This document shows positions 12,810 through 37,559 of a stretch of DNA of 64,000 nt, piece after piece. A model generated the notes under the pieces. The model saw nothing but the letters and a program-made list of their open reading frames with translations, had not been told where the DNA came from and ran no database searches. Position numbers and translations under genes: made by a program. This stretch comes from Raillietiella orientalis (taxonomy: Eukaryota), in contig JAYWIR010000011.1 in assembly GCA_036172245.1 (NCBI GenBank), positions 620,001-684,000 on the forward strand. Direction: 5' to 3'. How positions within the stretch are numbered: the first letter of the stretch is position 1; every line of letters begins with the position of its first letter.

Positions 12810-13720
12810 GGGTAAATTTATTTTTCCAATTTTACATTACATTCATACTACAATCACATTCACACTACTGGCACTATACTACCACTTTGAAGTCCTTGGG
12901 GTGTCACAAGTTCTGCACTCAGGGTGGGATTCCAGATGTTTGGTCCCGGGCGTCGTCCTCAATCCTCTTAAGGATGAATCGGTACGTCCAGGCACAGATT
13001 CGTCCACAGTTCCCGATGCCGATCTCCCTCTTGATGAGTCCTTGCAGGATCTCCATCGGGGGTGCGGCTTTCCTGGCTTTCCTCATCTTCCACCACCGCA
13101 CAAGCATGGCGGTGATGAAGAGGGCGATGGTCGTTCTTACCATGGGATTGTAGCAGGGAACATTACCATTTCCCTGGAACATCCCGGCGAGGATTTCCAT
13201 CACAGAATTGTTGTTTAGTCCTATGATCCTTTTCAGGATCAGCCAGTCGTGTAGCAATGTGGGACACGTCAAGACGTGAAGTCTCGTATCGATGTCTCCA
13301 CATGCCGTGCAGTCTTCATCTTCCCGTCTTCCGGTGAAGTGCTTGAGCCTGGACCCGCTCTGGATTCCTCCATGATAGAACATCAGGAGGTCGTCCTGGG
13401 TGCCCGGCGGAAGGTCGCTCCTCCATAGCGTCGTGCCGATCGCTAACAGGTTGATCCTGTCACTCCCGTAGCCGGTTGTCGTCGTTGTTAAAAGGCATTT
13501 TACTGGAGAAATGTAACCTAGCATTTTTTTATAAGAACGAATACAAGTGGCTTCCTCAGGACCCCAAGGCAATCTTAAAGGTGCACCGTTCCAATGCTCC
13601 AAATTCTTGAACGACGACGCACCAACTCGATGTGTCTGAAGGCTTTGGGGAGCACACCAAAGGGCACACTTCGGCGCTTTTTCAGTCTTTCCCATTCGAA
13701 AGTCGAAGCACCGACGGACG
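12810..13720 (-). mobile_element. 5'-truncated L1/Tx1-type LINE 3' end with intact C-terminal zinc-binding domain
   Basis: Open frame 12919-13761 contains FYHGGIQSGSRL...CTACGDIDTRLHVLTCP and ...LVRWWKMRK, the CCHC-type C-terminal domain of L1-clade ORF2. A short 3' UTR with minus-strand AATAAA lies near 12818-12823. Confidence 0.8.
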
Positions 13721-14079
13721 AGGGCAGACAGTAGAGAGCATAGTAGGAACAAATAAATCAATTGTTTTTATCATGTGCTCGCGAACACCAAAATACTGAC
13801 TGTGCACACAAGACGCTGTACGTTAGCAGTGTGTATCTTTTTCGCCGAAGAGGACTAACATGGATTCGAGCCAACGACAGCCAAGATACCAGTGCTCGAA
13901 AATTAGTAATCTGGTTCCATTACACAGCATTTGAAACTACCCGTAACTTCGTGATATCCGAAAGGAGCCTTCCATCTCCAGAGAGAAGGGATCAGTTAGA
14001 AATCCCCGCCGCGGGGCAGCTTCCGCGAGATGGGTCTGGAGTTATCCGGGAAACGTTCGACACGAACGGAATGACATAA

Positions 14080-14600
14080 AGCAAAACAAGAAACGACCCA
14101 GAATGAAGAGAAAAAATTTATGGAACCAGGGATCCACCCGGATCGGAAACAGACCCGGGAAATCCTGAAGACAACTGAAATGCCGTTTGCTGACTGCACA
14201 AAGCAGGACAGTCGAAGAAAGAAAAAGTATCAATAGTCGTAGGTTGCATGAGACTGCTCAGATCCATTCTAACAGGTGAACGAGGTGCAGGCACAGCCAC
14301 AGCCCGTGCTGTACCTTTCGAACCGATGCACAATTCCGTTCTTGGCAGACTGTGTGGAAACATAGCAAACCTCACACACAAAACATAAACCTCAAATCTT
14401 AGGGAGTGGACACGAAGAACTGAGATGGTCGACACCGGCTGTTTCTGTGATAAAGAATGGAACAAGAGCAAAAGGATCACTTTCATCTCCTACGTCCCCC
14501 GTGATTGTCTCCTTGTGCCCAGCCTGATGGATCTGGTTGCACACATGAACTTGTGTGTACGAGTGCACGCAAATGCCCTGAACATCACATCATTGCTGCA
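14080..14600 (-). mobile_element. Second, older LINE ORF2 C-terminal remnant
   Basis: TTIDTFSFFDCP (~14205-14240) resembles the ET..H.FF.CP end of the zinc finger; the surrounding frames are broken. Confidence 0.4.
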
Positions 14601-15559
14601 TTCGTGATTACTAATTACAGTCTAAAAAGTATAAAGGCTCCCACGGAGTCTTCTCTCCATGGAGAAGCTGCCTGACTGCGGAGTCGTGGAAGCACCGAAT
14701 CCGAGAAGCGCTGCTCACAGCAGCATAGTGGCAACACTGACTGCGTCCAAGCAGCGCACGCACCTACACGAAACACTACCGGGGAAGCGAAGCGGCCTCG
14801 CTCGCGATGCCCCTTCCCGAGACACTACGCTCCCATAACACGAATGCCTTCATAGTACCTTTGAATGTGTACGCGTCATGAACATCATAACAGTCTCATA
14901 AAAGTGCTGCAACACTGCAGTGTAGTGCGACTTTTAGCAGACTTACGTTCCCGTGCCGTGCACTTTTGGTCTCGATTCGTGTTTACTTGGCGAACGAAGT
15001 GCTTTCGCTTCAGTTGCAGATCCGTCACTCCCAACTCTTTCTCTTTTCAACAGCATGAATGCCATCGTTTCCCAACGGACATTACAACCAGATCGAGTAA
15101 TTTTTTCCGGTGCTTTTCTTCAGATGTTTCTGTCATCAACACGTAAACAAAAGGTTCGGCGCCCAACACTTTCGATAAAGGAAGTTGACGTGGAATTACA
15201 TGCAGTGTTTGAAGGGCAGCGCGAAAAAAATAAATACAGTGCATTTTCATTTTGGGGGTTTTGGCTCTCATTTCCGCACTCATCGCTGTGGCATACTTTC
15301 ACGAAAAATCAAGCCTATATGGAAATGAACAAATAATAATGCAATTTTATAAATAAAAAATCATATATTTACAAAAATTTGTATAAATACTAACGATAAT
15401 GAAATCTTCACAAAAGTTTCTTAAGGGTCACTGGAAATATTTTCTTTAAAACAATGCAATTGTCATATATATAGATATATATATATAAGAAATAAATAGC
15501 TTGAAATGCTTTTTCAAATGAATATCACAGAAAATGAATTTGAATATACATAAAATCCA

Positions 15560-28653
<13,094 letters not shown>

Positions 28654-31249
28654 CCTTGCATTCTTTTCTATACACAAAATTATTCCTGAAAACCTTGATC
28701 ACAAGAGATTTTTTGTGAATTTGTTTGTTGCAGACTTTACAGGCTTTTACTGAAACTTATGGAGAAACTCAGATCACGAATTAATAGTTTAAACTGAAAA
28801 TTCTCACAATAATTGACACATGAAGAAAAACAAATCTGAACATTAAAAAACAAACTGCCTGCTTCTAAAAATAATGCTACCTTTAATATTAATTGAAAGA
28901 AGACTCTGTTGACAATCCAGTACTTTTGCACGTTTTTGATATCAAATGAATATCCCATTTTCTAATACAAAATAATGCTACCATCTATCAGTTAACAAAT
29001 GCAAACACAAATGAAAACGCAAAGTAAAAGTGTAAAATGCCAATACAATGACTCACAATGGTTTTCTAGAGCTTGCAACAATGAAACTTCCTTATACAAG
29101 AATTTCTATATTTTTCAAGCCTTGCACATATCTGTTAAAGGTCTGATTTTGCAGAACACAGATATCTAATAGAAAGCAACACAAAGTTATCTGAGAAATG
29201 CAGATGCAGTGGATATACTTTAATTCATATATGACTAATATTGTAGTTTTAATTAACATATTACTGATATCAATAACATACAAATTCTGATTAATGGTCA
29301 CTCTATCAATGGCTCTCTTACATTCTTCAATTGTCAACACACTACAACCATTTCAACAGAATTGTTTTGGTTGTCTCTTTAATATACTAATTTCCATCCA
29401 AACAATGACTGCATATAAGCTAATCAAACCATGAAGCTTAAAATGATGAAAATTAAAACTCTTACAAAATACAAAACTCAGATGAGTGTTGTTATTTGAC
29501 AAAAGAATTAATATCTTCAAGATACTGTAAATACAACTTTTAAAGTTTGCACTGAACCCTACAAAATAAAAGAAACCATACAACACATGAGAATGCTTAT
29601 GAAAGCATTCCTGACTTATGAAAGTTATAATACTGACTTTTCACCTCCAGAGTTGAACTTTATGATTAACCAATGCATGCCAATGCCTTCAATACTCAGA
29701 TCAATCAAAATCAGTAAGACTGCAAAACTCGCCAATTTTGTCTTACATATATCATTAAGGCATTTTTTTTTAGTTTTGACATTTAGATCATAACTGGAAA
29801 CCTGCATCAAAAGAATTGTTCATTTTTTTGAAAATTGACCAAGATGCACCCAGAACAAGAAAATTATACATCAATGTTAATGCAGCTCATCACAATAAAT
29901 GTACTGAATTTAAATAATTCCCAAAATGAAATAAAAAAAAAAAAGTTCAAATACGATAAACATGGAATATGTATCTAAAACTAAATACAAATACTACTGC
30001 AAATCCCAGAAGCAGCATGAAAGTGCAACATAACTAGAATCCACAATAATACACTTTTAGGTAAACTGTATTATAATTTGTTGGTAGCTTTAAGAAGTAA
30101 AGATGAGTAGAAATTACATAATGCAGGAAGACAGGAAATGAAAACCATACATATCACAGGGAAACTTGGGATGGGGAAAAAATACAGTTCCAACTGCATA
30201 CTTCATGTGTGAATGCAAACAATACATCTGCAATTGATTAGAAAATACAACTATCACCACCTACCATCATATAAAACGTATATAGGAACAAAAAAACTCC
30301 TAAGAATCCCACTATCATTCTAATGATTCTTTCAAACTGCAGTCTACCAGCTGCAGTAAAAAAACGCGTGCATACTGGAACACAAAAACACATCGAGCCA
30401 CAAGGAGCACACTAAAGACAAATAATACTCTACATAAAGGGCAGAAGGCAACTGGAAAACAGTGTTCGACTGAAGTAATCAATATACCATTTTTCAAACA
30501 CTGATGCTTCCAAAACGGAAAGCGGAAGCTATTTGTCTGCAGTCTTTATACACCTACGATACCGTTGTGAAAATGAAATCAACCTCTTCATTATGAGTTT
30601 CGCTAATAAATGCATCACTGTTTGAAAGCAAATAATGAAAACTTATCGAAAATCATTTCCGGTTATGTATCTGCCACTGCAGAGGATGTTTGGGAGAGAG
30701 CGACAAATTTAATGGCACGTGTGATTTGCAGTCACCTACTTAATTCGCTCATTTAGAGATCATGTTTTCCCATAGGAATTTCCAATACAGAATTTCAAAG
30801 CCTCCCAATTAGCAGTGTCCGTTTGAAACGCATAGCTCTTCAACGGGCAGCGCGGACCGCCGCCGCCAATCTCTGCGACGGACTGTGCGGCAACCTTTTT
30901 CCACAAAAGGGTTGCTCGTCCTCCACTGAAATGGGGAAACGAAACAAATGATTTAAAAACGACAGGAAGCCTTGAATGAAACGATGCTTGTTCCTGGGAA
31001 TGAACAATCGCCGGGGGTCGAGGCAGATTTCAGAAATGAGCAGATCTACAGTTGTTACGGGATGTCCAATAGCCCGACTGCTGCAGCACACTTTGTGGCG
31101 GAGGTAGAAGATTGTATTTGGACGCCTTCTGAGGAAATGCAGCTTAAGGTTCAAGGCATTTTATAGGGCTGGTCTTTTACGATGTCACACTGGTATGTGT
31201 GTAGATTGGAAATTCGTTAAACAATGGTTTTTTTTTTTGTTTTTTGGCT

Positions 31250-33160
31250 CCCATGACTAATATCTTGAAAGGGCAAGAAGAAAGTGAGTATATGTTAAAA
31301 TTCAGGAAAGAATTAAAGATGGCGGAGGGAAAAAAACAATTAAAGATGCAGCAATAAGATGGAAGACCGCATGTAAGATTGAAGAACAAATTGGCATGAG
31401 TTCTGATCCTTTGACTCCAACGCAGTACATCAAGTGTTTTAAGATGAAAGTTGGGAATCGAGCAAAACATACAAATTCAGGAAGAACATCAAATGACGTG
31501 AGAACTGTCACAAAGTATCAGCTGTGGAATCACGACAAGCTTGAACACAAGGAATGATTCGTATACACTGTTTGGCCGCAAACTGAATTCACACAGTGTA
31601 TACGAATCGTTCCTTGCATACACTGCGTAAATTCAGTTTGCAGTCAAACTGAAATTAATCGAGAATTTAATATTCTATCGTGAAGCATGAACATGAAACA
31701 ATATGGCTTGCTTCACAGAGATGGGAAGGAGAAAAAGCATGATACCTGGGATAGCTGTTTACGGAATCCATGTCAGTACAGAGAAGCTTAGCATGCCTCT
31801 TCTTTGTCGTTGTCAGGGGTTTGTGTCATTGAATGATTGGTTAATCCTTTACTATACTGTTCTATTCAAAGAAGTTAGAACTGCTACTAGATTGCACACA
31901 GCAATAAGATACAAACTTTATGGCCTTTACATTAGTAGGTATTTCGAAAGGAAGTGTCACTCAACCACTCTCCGTGTTTTTGTATGATGTCATCAGCAAG
32001 ACATCTTATTTTAGCTCGAGGAGCGTCCACAATCTACACAATTATGGATCAAGGCGTTGTGATAGCTAGGGTTTCCGCAGACTGCAGACTGGGACCACAG
32101 ATGGTTGTCGGGACCACGACCCAATAGACTCGGCTTATCTGTGCACAATACACGAGACCGTATGCGGAAGCACAGCGAAGGCACATTCGTGGGCTCCAGG
32201 GTGACCAGGTTAGAAAAGGTACCTTCCCGGGAGTCATTGGAACCGGACGGCTGATGTGCCACTGATTTCGCTTCTTGATTGTTCCTCCTCGGATCCTTCA
32301 CCACTGTGCACTTGGTATCAAGTTTACGCCCTCTGTGAGGATGAGGATCTTTGGTTTCTCATCAGCCTTCGTCTGACTCCTTTTCTCAACAAGTGTCAAT
32401 CATTTATTTGAATGGGCCTACTCATCCGTGATGAACAGATTCGATGGTTCTTGAAGCAGTGATCTGGAAGTAGGGTGATGTGGTTTCACATGACTGTATA
32501 GGAAGTCCAGGTATAGAATCGTCGAGGTCGCAACAGCTCTGAGTGCTCTCATGGTAGGCTTCTCACCCAGTCAACAGCGAAGATTACGATCTCTTCCAGT
32601 GGCATGATCACCAGAGGCATCAATATCAGACGAGAAATCGGACAGGGAGACAGTTTGAGCCCGACGCTCGTCTGGCTGTTCTTTGAGCTTGTGCTGAGGG
32701 AGCGTACTGGAAAACTCCAGCCTGTCCCCGTACATACTGTGACGGCATGCTCAGTGTCGTGGCCTACACTGACTCCCCGTAGGAGGCTCCCTCGATAATC
32801 TGGGGTATCCCTGGGTGCATGCACCCTAAGAAAATTGTGGTTCGTCTGCTTAACAAAGGCGCAACGTGCCAGTGAACTGTTGCTTCCCGAGAGGGTAGTA
32901 TCATGGAACATTTTTGCCGCGTCCCTTTTCCGGTCTCTTTTCCTTTGTGTATCCCGGAGGCTCTTAATTGTTCCGTAATGTCTCCAGTCTGATGGATCGA
33001 GCTCTGCGGGGTTCTGCCAGACCTAAGGTGCTAATGAAAGAAGTGATCCCCCTCCCTCGCCGAGATGAGGAGCTTGGACTTATTCTCCGCCGAGCGGATG
33101 CAGATGCAAGCATCCTTGAGGAGGTTGGTGCTCCTGGAGAGCCGCGGAACACTCATTAGT
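31250..33160 (+). mobile_element. Decayed L1/Tx1-type ORF2 (linker, RT and thumb)
   Basis: AAIRWKT...PTQYIKCFK (~31345-31445, linker-like), GINIRREIGQGDSLSPTL (32616-32670, RT G..QG..LSP motif) and IPLPRRDEELGL (33046-33081, LP...GGLG motif) occur in the expected order. Confidence 0.7.
31548..31649. repeat. Overlapping double inverted repeat (24-bp-stem hairpin plus a second inverted copy of the loop region)
   Basis: 31548-31571 pairs with 31593-31616 (one mismatch, a G-U pair on the plus strand). 31570-31601 pairs with 31618-31649 (4 mismatches in 32). Confidence 0.92.
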
Positions 33161-36100
33161 GTCTCCCTTCGCGCATCCTCCTGAAGAGTGCAGGAAAATG
33201 CGAAGGATTAGCATCCATCCTTTCACGCAACCACAGGCGATGGCGTGGTTTGGGTAACCCACTTCCCCGACCGTATTGCCGATGGAGGAATACGATTTTG
33301 ATTCAATTTTGGGATAGAAGTGTTTCATACTCTATAGAAAGCGATTGAGCGATTAATGAATCATGTAAACAATTCTCATAATCTCCAAATTCAGTTCCCA
33401 AGAAATGAGTAAGATTCATGATGGGATACGATTGTAGAGCTGATGTTGCTGGTCCGTGAGATCTTAAGGGATATTCATGGATGTCGAACATTGGGGTGGT
33501 TAACGATGAGAAAGACAAAGGGGGTCCAGAGAGACGTAGCAGTAAGGTTGAATTGTTTCCTTCCTTTAATAGTTTTGAAGTTCTTAGTGATCAGTAATTG
33601 GGTGATGCAGTTAAGTGGATTAAGAGAATTGGTGGATAAGGGATGGATGGAAGAGCTATAAGGTACTCAAATGATCAATACTACGAGATATGAGAGTATA
33701 AGACACAATGCAGGATGTGTCAAAGAAGTTTTCCATGTTCTGATTGTGGTCCGTGTCTGGAGTTGGGTTGTCATAATTGAGAAGAATGATTTTAGGATCT
33801 GTAAAGAATGAAACTTTCCATTTTAAATTGATTGGGATCTCTTGGAAAATGAATGAAGATAGGTGTGTTAATTGACACAGTGTTCGTTTCAGGTATGCTT
33901 TAGATGACAAAGTGAGTGATTCGTTGAATGGGATAAAAGTGCTTAGGTTTCGTGCTGTGTTCTTTAATAGGGCATATGTATCCATACTGGGGTAATCAGT
34001 TGATGCTGTGTTGCAAAAAAACAGTTCCTGTTATGTATGATTTGTTGCACTGGAGATTTCTTCCGACCAGAGCATAAACGTACTCGAGGATTTGTAGGGT
34101 GAAAATTTTCATTTGGATTGATTGGTATCAATAGGATTGAGATAAAGACTTAGATCTAAACTGACTCTGTAATCAGCTTCGAATGGTAGTAAAATTTTTG
34201 TCGAATTGATTCGCTTAAACAATTGAAAATGTTAATACTATAATCAATAATAGAATTGGTAATAGTGATGGAGATGGATATGTATTGTAATGAGAGAAGG
34301 GAGGGAGGAGTGGGAGGGCAGGGACAGTATTTGTTATCAGAGATGGAAGACATGATATCAGTTTAGAAGAATTGGACGGAAAATGGGAAGCGTTCTTTAG
34401 ATTTTGGATCAAATCCACATTCAAGGGGATGAAGGATTGTAGTGGAATAGTTCAGAGGACTTGATAATTATAAGAGAAACATTAGAGAAATAATTAAAGC
34501 AGGAGGCTGGAAAGAATTATTTGTATGTTTGCTTGAGTGGAAACCGAATGGTAATAGCCATTATTTAAGGTCTTTGGTAATAGCTCAAGATAATAAGTTA
34601 ATCAGTGAGGGACAAAGATTGCTACGAGCGTTACGTAATGGATGCATTCATATCCACAAAAGCATTGATAACGCTTAGGATTCTAGAAACAAACTTAAAA
34701 GCCCTTGTTTCCAAAGCAAATATTTCAGCTATAACGCTTTACTAAAGTAGAACGATAATGTTAGAGAAATAGGAATCGCCAACAGCGGTGTGCAGCTCAA
34801 CGGTGAATTATTTTCAAGATTTTCTATGGAGACGCTGGTGTTATAATGATAATGTGTCTATCCTTAGAAAATCACATCTTACCACTTAATAACTGGAGGC
34901 TATTTGTGCTACATACTTCAAAAGAGCATGGTTACAAGGTTATGAAAAACGAAGGAACAGTCAAGTATGGGAATATCACAAGGGGGAACCCTCAGTCATG
35001 ACAGTATCATGAGAGGAGTTTGTATGAACGGTAATGAATGCTTGTAAATGACACAGTAGCAACTTGGAGTAGACAGAATAAGATAGATGAGTTGATGACA
35101 TCCATGGAATCCTGCAGGCATAAAAAAAAATAATGAAATCCGAAAATACAATCTTCAATAGAGATCCGAGATGTGTTCGGTGAACTGACAGGTTATGAAT
35201 CGAAGGTCGGTAATGATTATAATAATTAAGGAAATCGTTGCAGCTGAAGAAGAAAACAGACGGAAGTGAACTCTGGTCACTGCTGTGTCCTAGTTAAGGA
35301 GTAGAATCGCGTTAAGCGGAGGATCCTGTGGAGTATGATGTGATGGTGGAAGGTGTCAGGAGAAGCTAGGTTGTGGGTTGGTTCTTTATCTGGCACGGAA
35401 AGATGATCAAAGAAAAGATACAATAGAAAGCTTCCTGAAACAGTGAATGCGATTCCTACAAGTAAAAATGATACGCTCAATTTTCGCTGGTGTCCATAGA
35501 TTTGTGATTACCTTCTACTTCAGATAACACCTGATTTTGGATTCAGGCTAAAGATTCAGTGCAGTTCAATCAGCGCAAGTTACTAAGTATATTAAATGAT
35601 CCTTGTTCTATCAGCTTTTTAGCATTCCATATGTTTATAATTGCAGAAAATTTGCTTTATTTCAATATGGTATCGAATTATCTCAGTTAATTTTCTTTCT
35701 GAGGAAATTTTAAAAGACTGCCTCCGTGTATCGTTGGCAAAGATTCTATTGCAAGCTATGGTATTATAGGCACTATTATATTTCGAGCATAAAAGGTATA
35801 ATTGCCTCAGTTCTCTTTTTATCATGCTATCCGCTCCATGGGCCGTCTTACCACTGAAAGTCTCAGTATTCTTTTGATATAATAATATCTGTTTTAAACC
35901 TACAATGATTGTTTAAGAGAATCATCGAAGCAGCTTAGTTTTCTTGTGATGATTTGATAAAACTACATCGAGAGCACTAATACCTAATAGAGATAGGTTT
36001 GTTTATTCCTTCACAGACTTATACTTTAAACATTAATATAGGCATGTTTGTCTATATATGCAAATGGAAAGCAGTTTAGATTGCAACTGAAAATTTCCAA

Positions 36101-37510
36101 CTTCTTTGATTACTTTGAATGCAGTTAAAAAGCGACCCACCCACCCCCCCAAAAAAAAGATAAAATGAAGACGAAATAACTAAAAACTTCTAATTATTAC
36201 TGAAGGATGCAAAGTGGTTAAAGTGTATTCACAGAATTCAGAATAGTATAATAACTCTGTGTGCTGCTTATCTTTTTCCAATAATTAATACTCCCAGGAC
36301 CATCTATTTGAAATGACTAATCCTTAGATTGATCGTACCATTTATCTTTCCAGTGTAAATGCTTAGTTAATTAAAGGATGGATAGTTTACATTGCAAATT
36401 TTCTGTCTTTGGTGTACTGGAAATCTCCACAAATGCAAGCTGCCACAATCAGAGAAAGATTCACAACTTTTCTCTCTTTGGGCATCATTCTCAGATAGCT
36501 CTGGCTGACTTTCCGTTGTTTTGCTCACCCAAAACTCCGAAAACATATTTTTTTCCGTTTCCTCACGCTGTTAAGAAGAAGCAGTCGGAAAATATCCAAA
36601 AAGAGATTTTAAAAGGCGTCTACTATCAAAACTTCTGTATTGAACAGGCTAATTTTGAATGAGCTTCCAGGAGCATATAACGTAGTTCACCTTACAAGGA
36701 AGCGTTTTTTTGGCTTGAAAAGAGTGGTAGAATGTATCGTTTACACCGACACCTTGGAAACATGTTTGCATTTCACCCGATAGCCTTTTTGGGCAGGATC
36801 AAAATTAATCACACGTCTGTGATGAAGACAACTGGAGCCGAAAAAACACACGCGAGATTCTTGAAGAGGATGCTGAATTCCAGCTGAGTCCTTGATCAGG
36901 CTGCTGATTTTCTGGGTGAATTTTCCCCCTAGGTGTTGCTGATGAAATAAAAAGTCCGTCGTATCTTCGCCACGAAATCCAGTGATCAGAGCTTTAGCTT
37001 TTACCAGGATTTTCTATTGCCGCGCCGAAGACTTGTTGGGATGGAAGGTTTCAGGTGCCACCTTTTCTCCGACCTCAACCACCCTCCGGCCATTGCCTCC
37101 CCCTCGGTAACCGCGGAGTCGGGTCCCCACCATATCCAAATGCATAAATGGAAGGGTACATCCTTCCGTTGCATGACGAGGATGCATGAAATGGGCTCGC
37201 CTCGGCGGACTGAAACTGAGATGAATTGCCGAGGACACCGCATGAAACGCAGACTCTTCGTATCCGTGGGATCGGCGGCATTCGATTTTCCGTTTGTAAG
37301 GCTCTTCCGCGCTCAAGGTTGCCCCCCCCCCCCGAACTCGGATTCCGGGCGATCGCTTTGTTTACATCGTGGTAAAATAAAAAAAAAAAATAGCCTTTTG
37401 TGCCGTTTCACGGATCTTACCGAAAACAACGTATCGATCGTTCGAATTGCCATGAATGAGCAAGAGTTAGCAGGCAGATTCCACACCTGAGTTGCCCATT
37501 CTCGTTGTCT

Positions 37511-37520
37511 CCCGGAAGTG
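37511..37520 (+). promoter_or_regulatory. ETS-family consensus site just upstream of the FAAH2 start codon
   Basis: CCGGAAGTG lies ~40 nt before ATG 37560, within a CpG-richer segment. Confidence 0.35.
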
Positions 37521-37559
37521 CATTTCGTAACGGGGCTGGTTGGTTGGCCCTCAGGCGGG

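Noticed and set aside
36938..36985. CTGATGA...GAAA hammerhead-like core
   Set aside because: No stem II or flanking helices can be formed.
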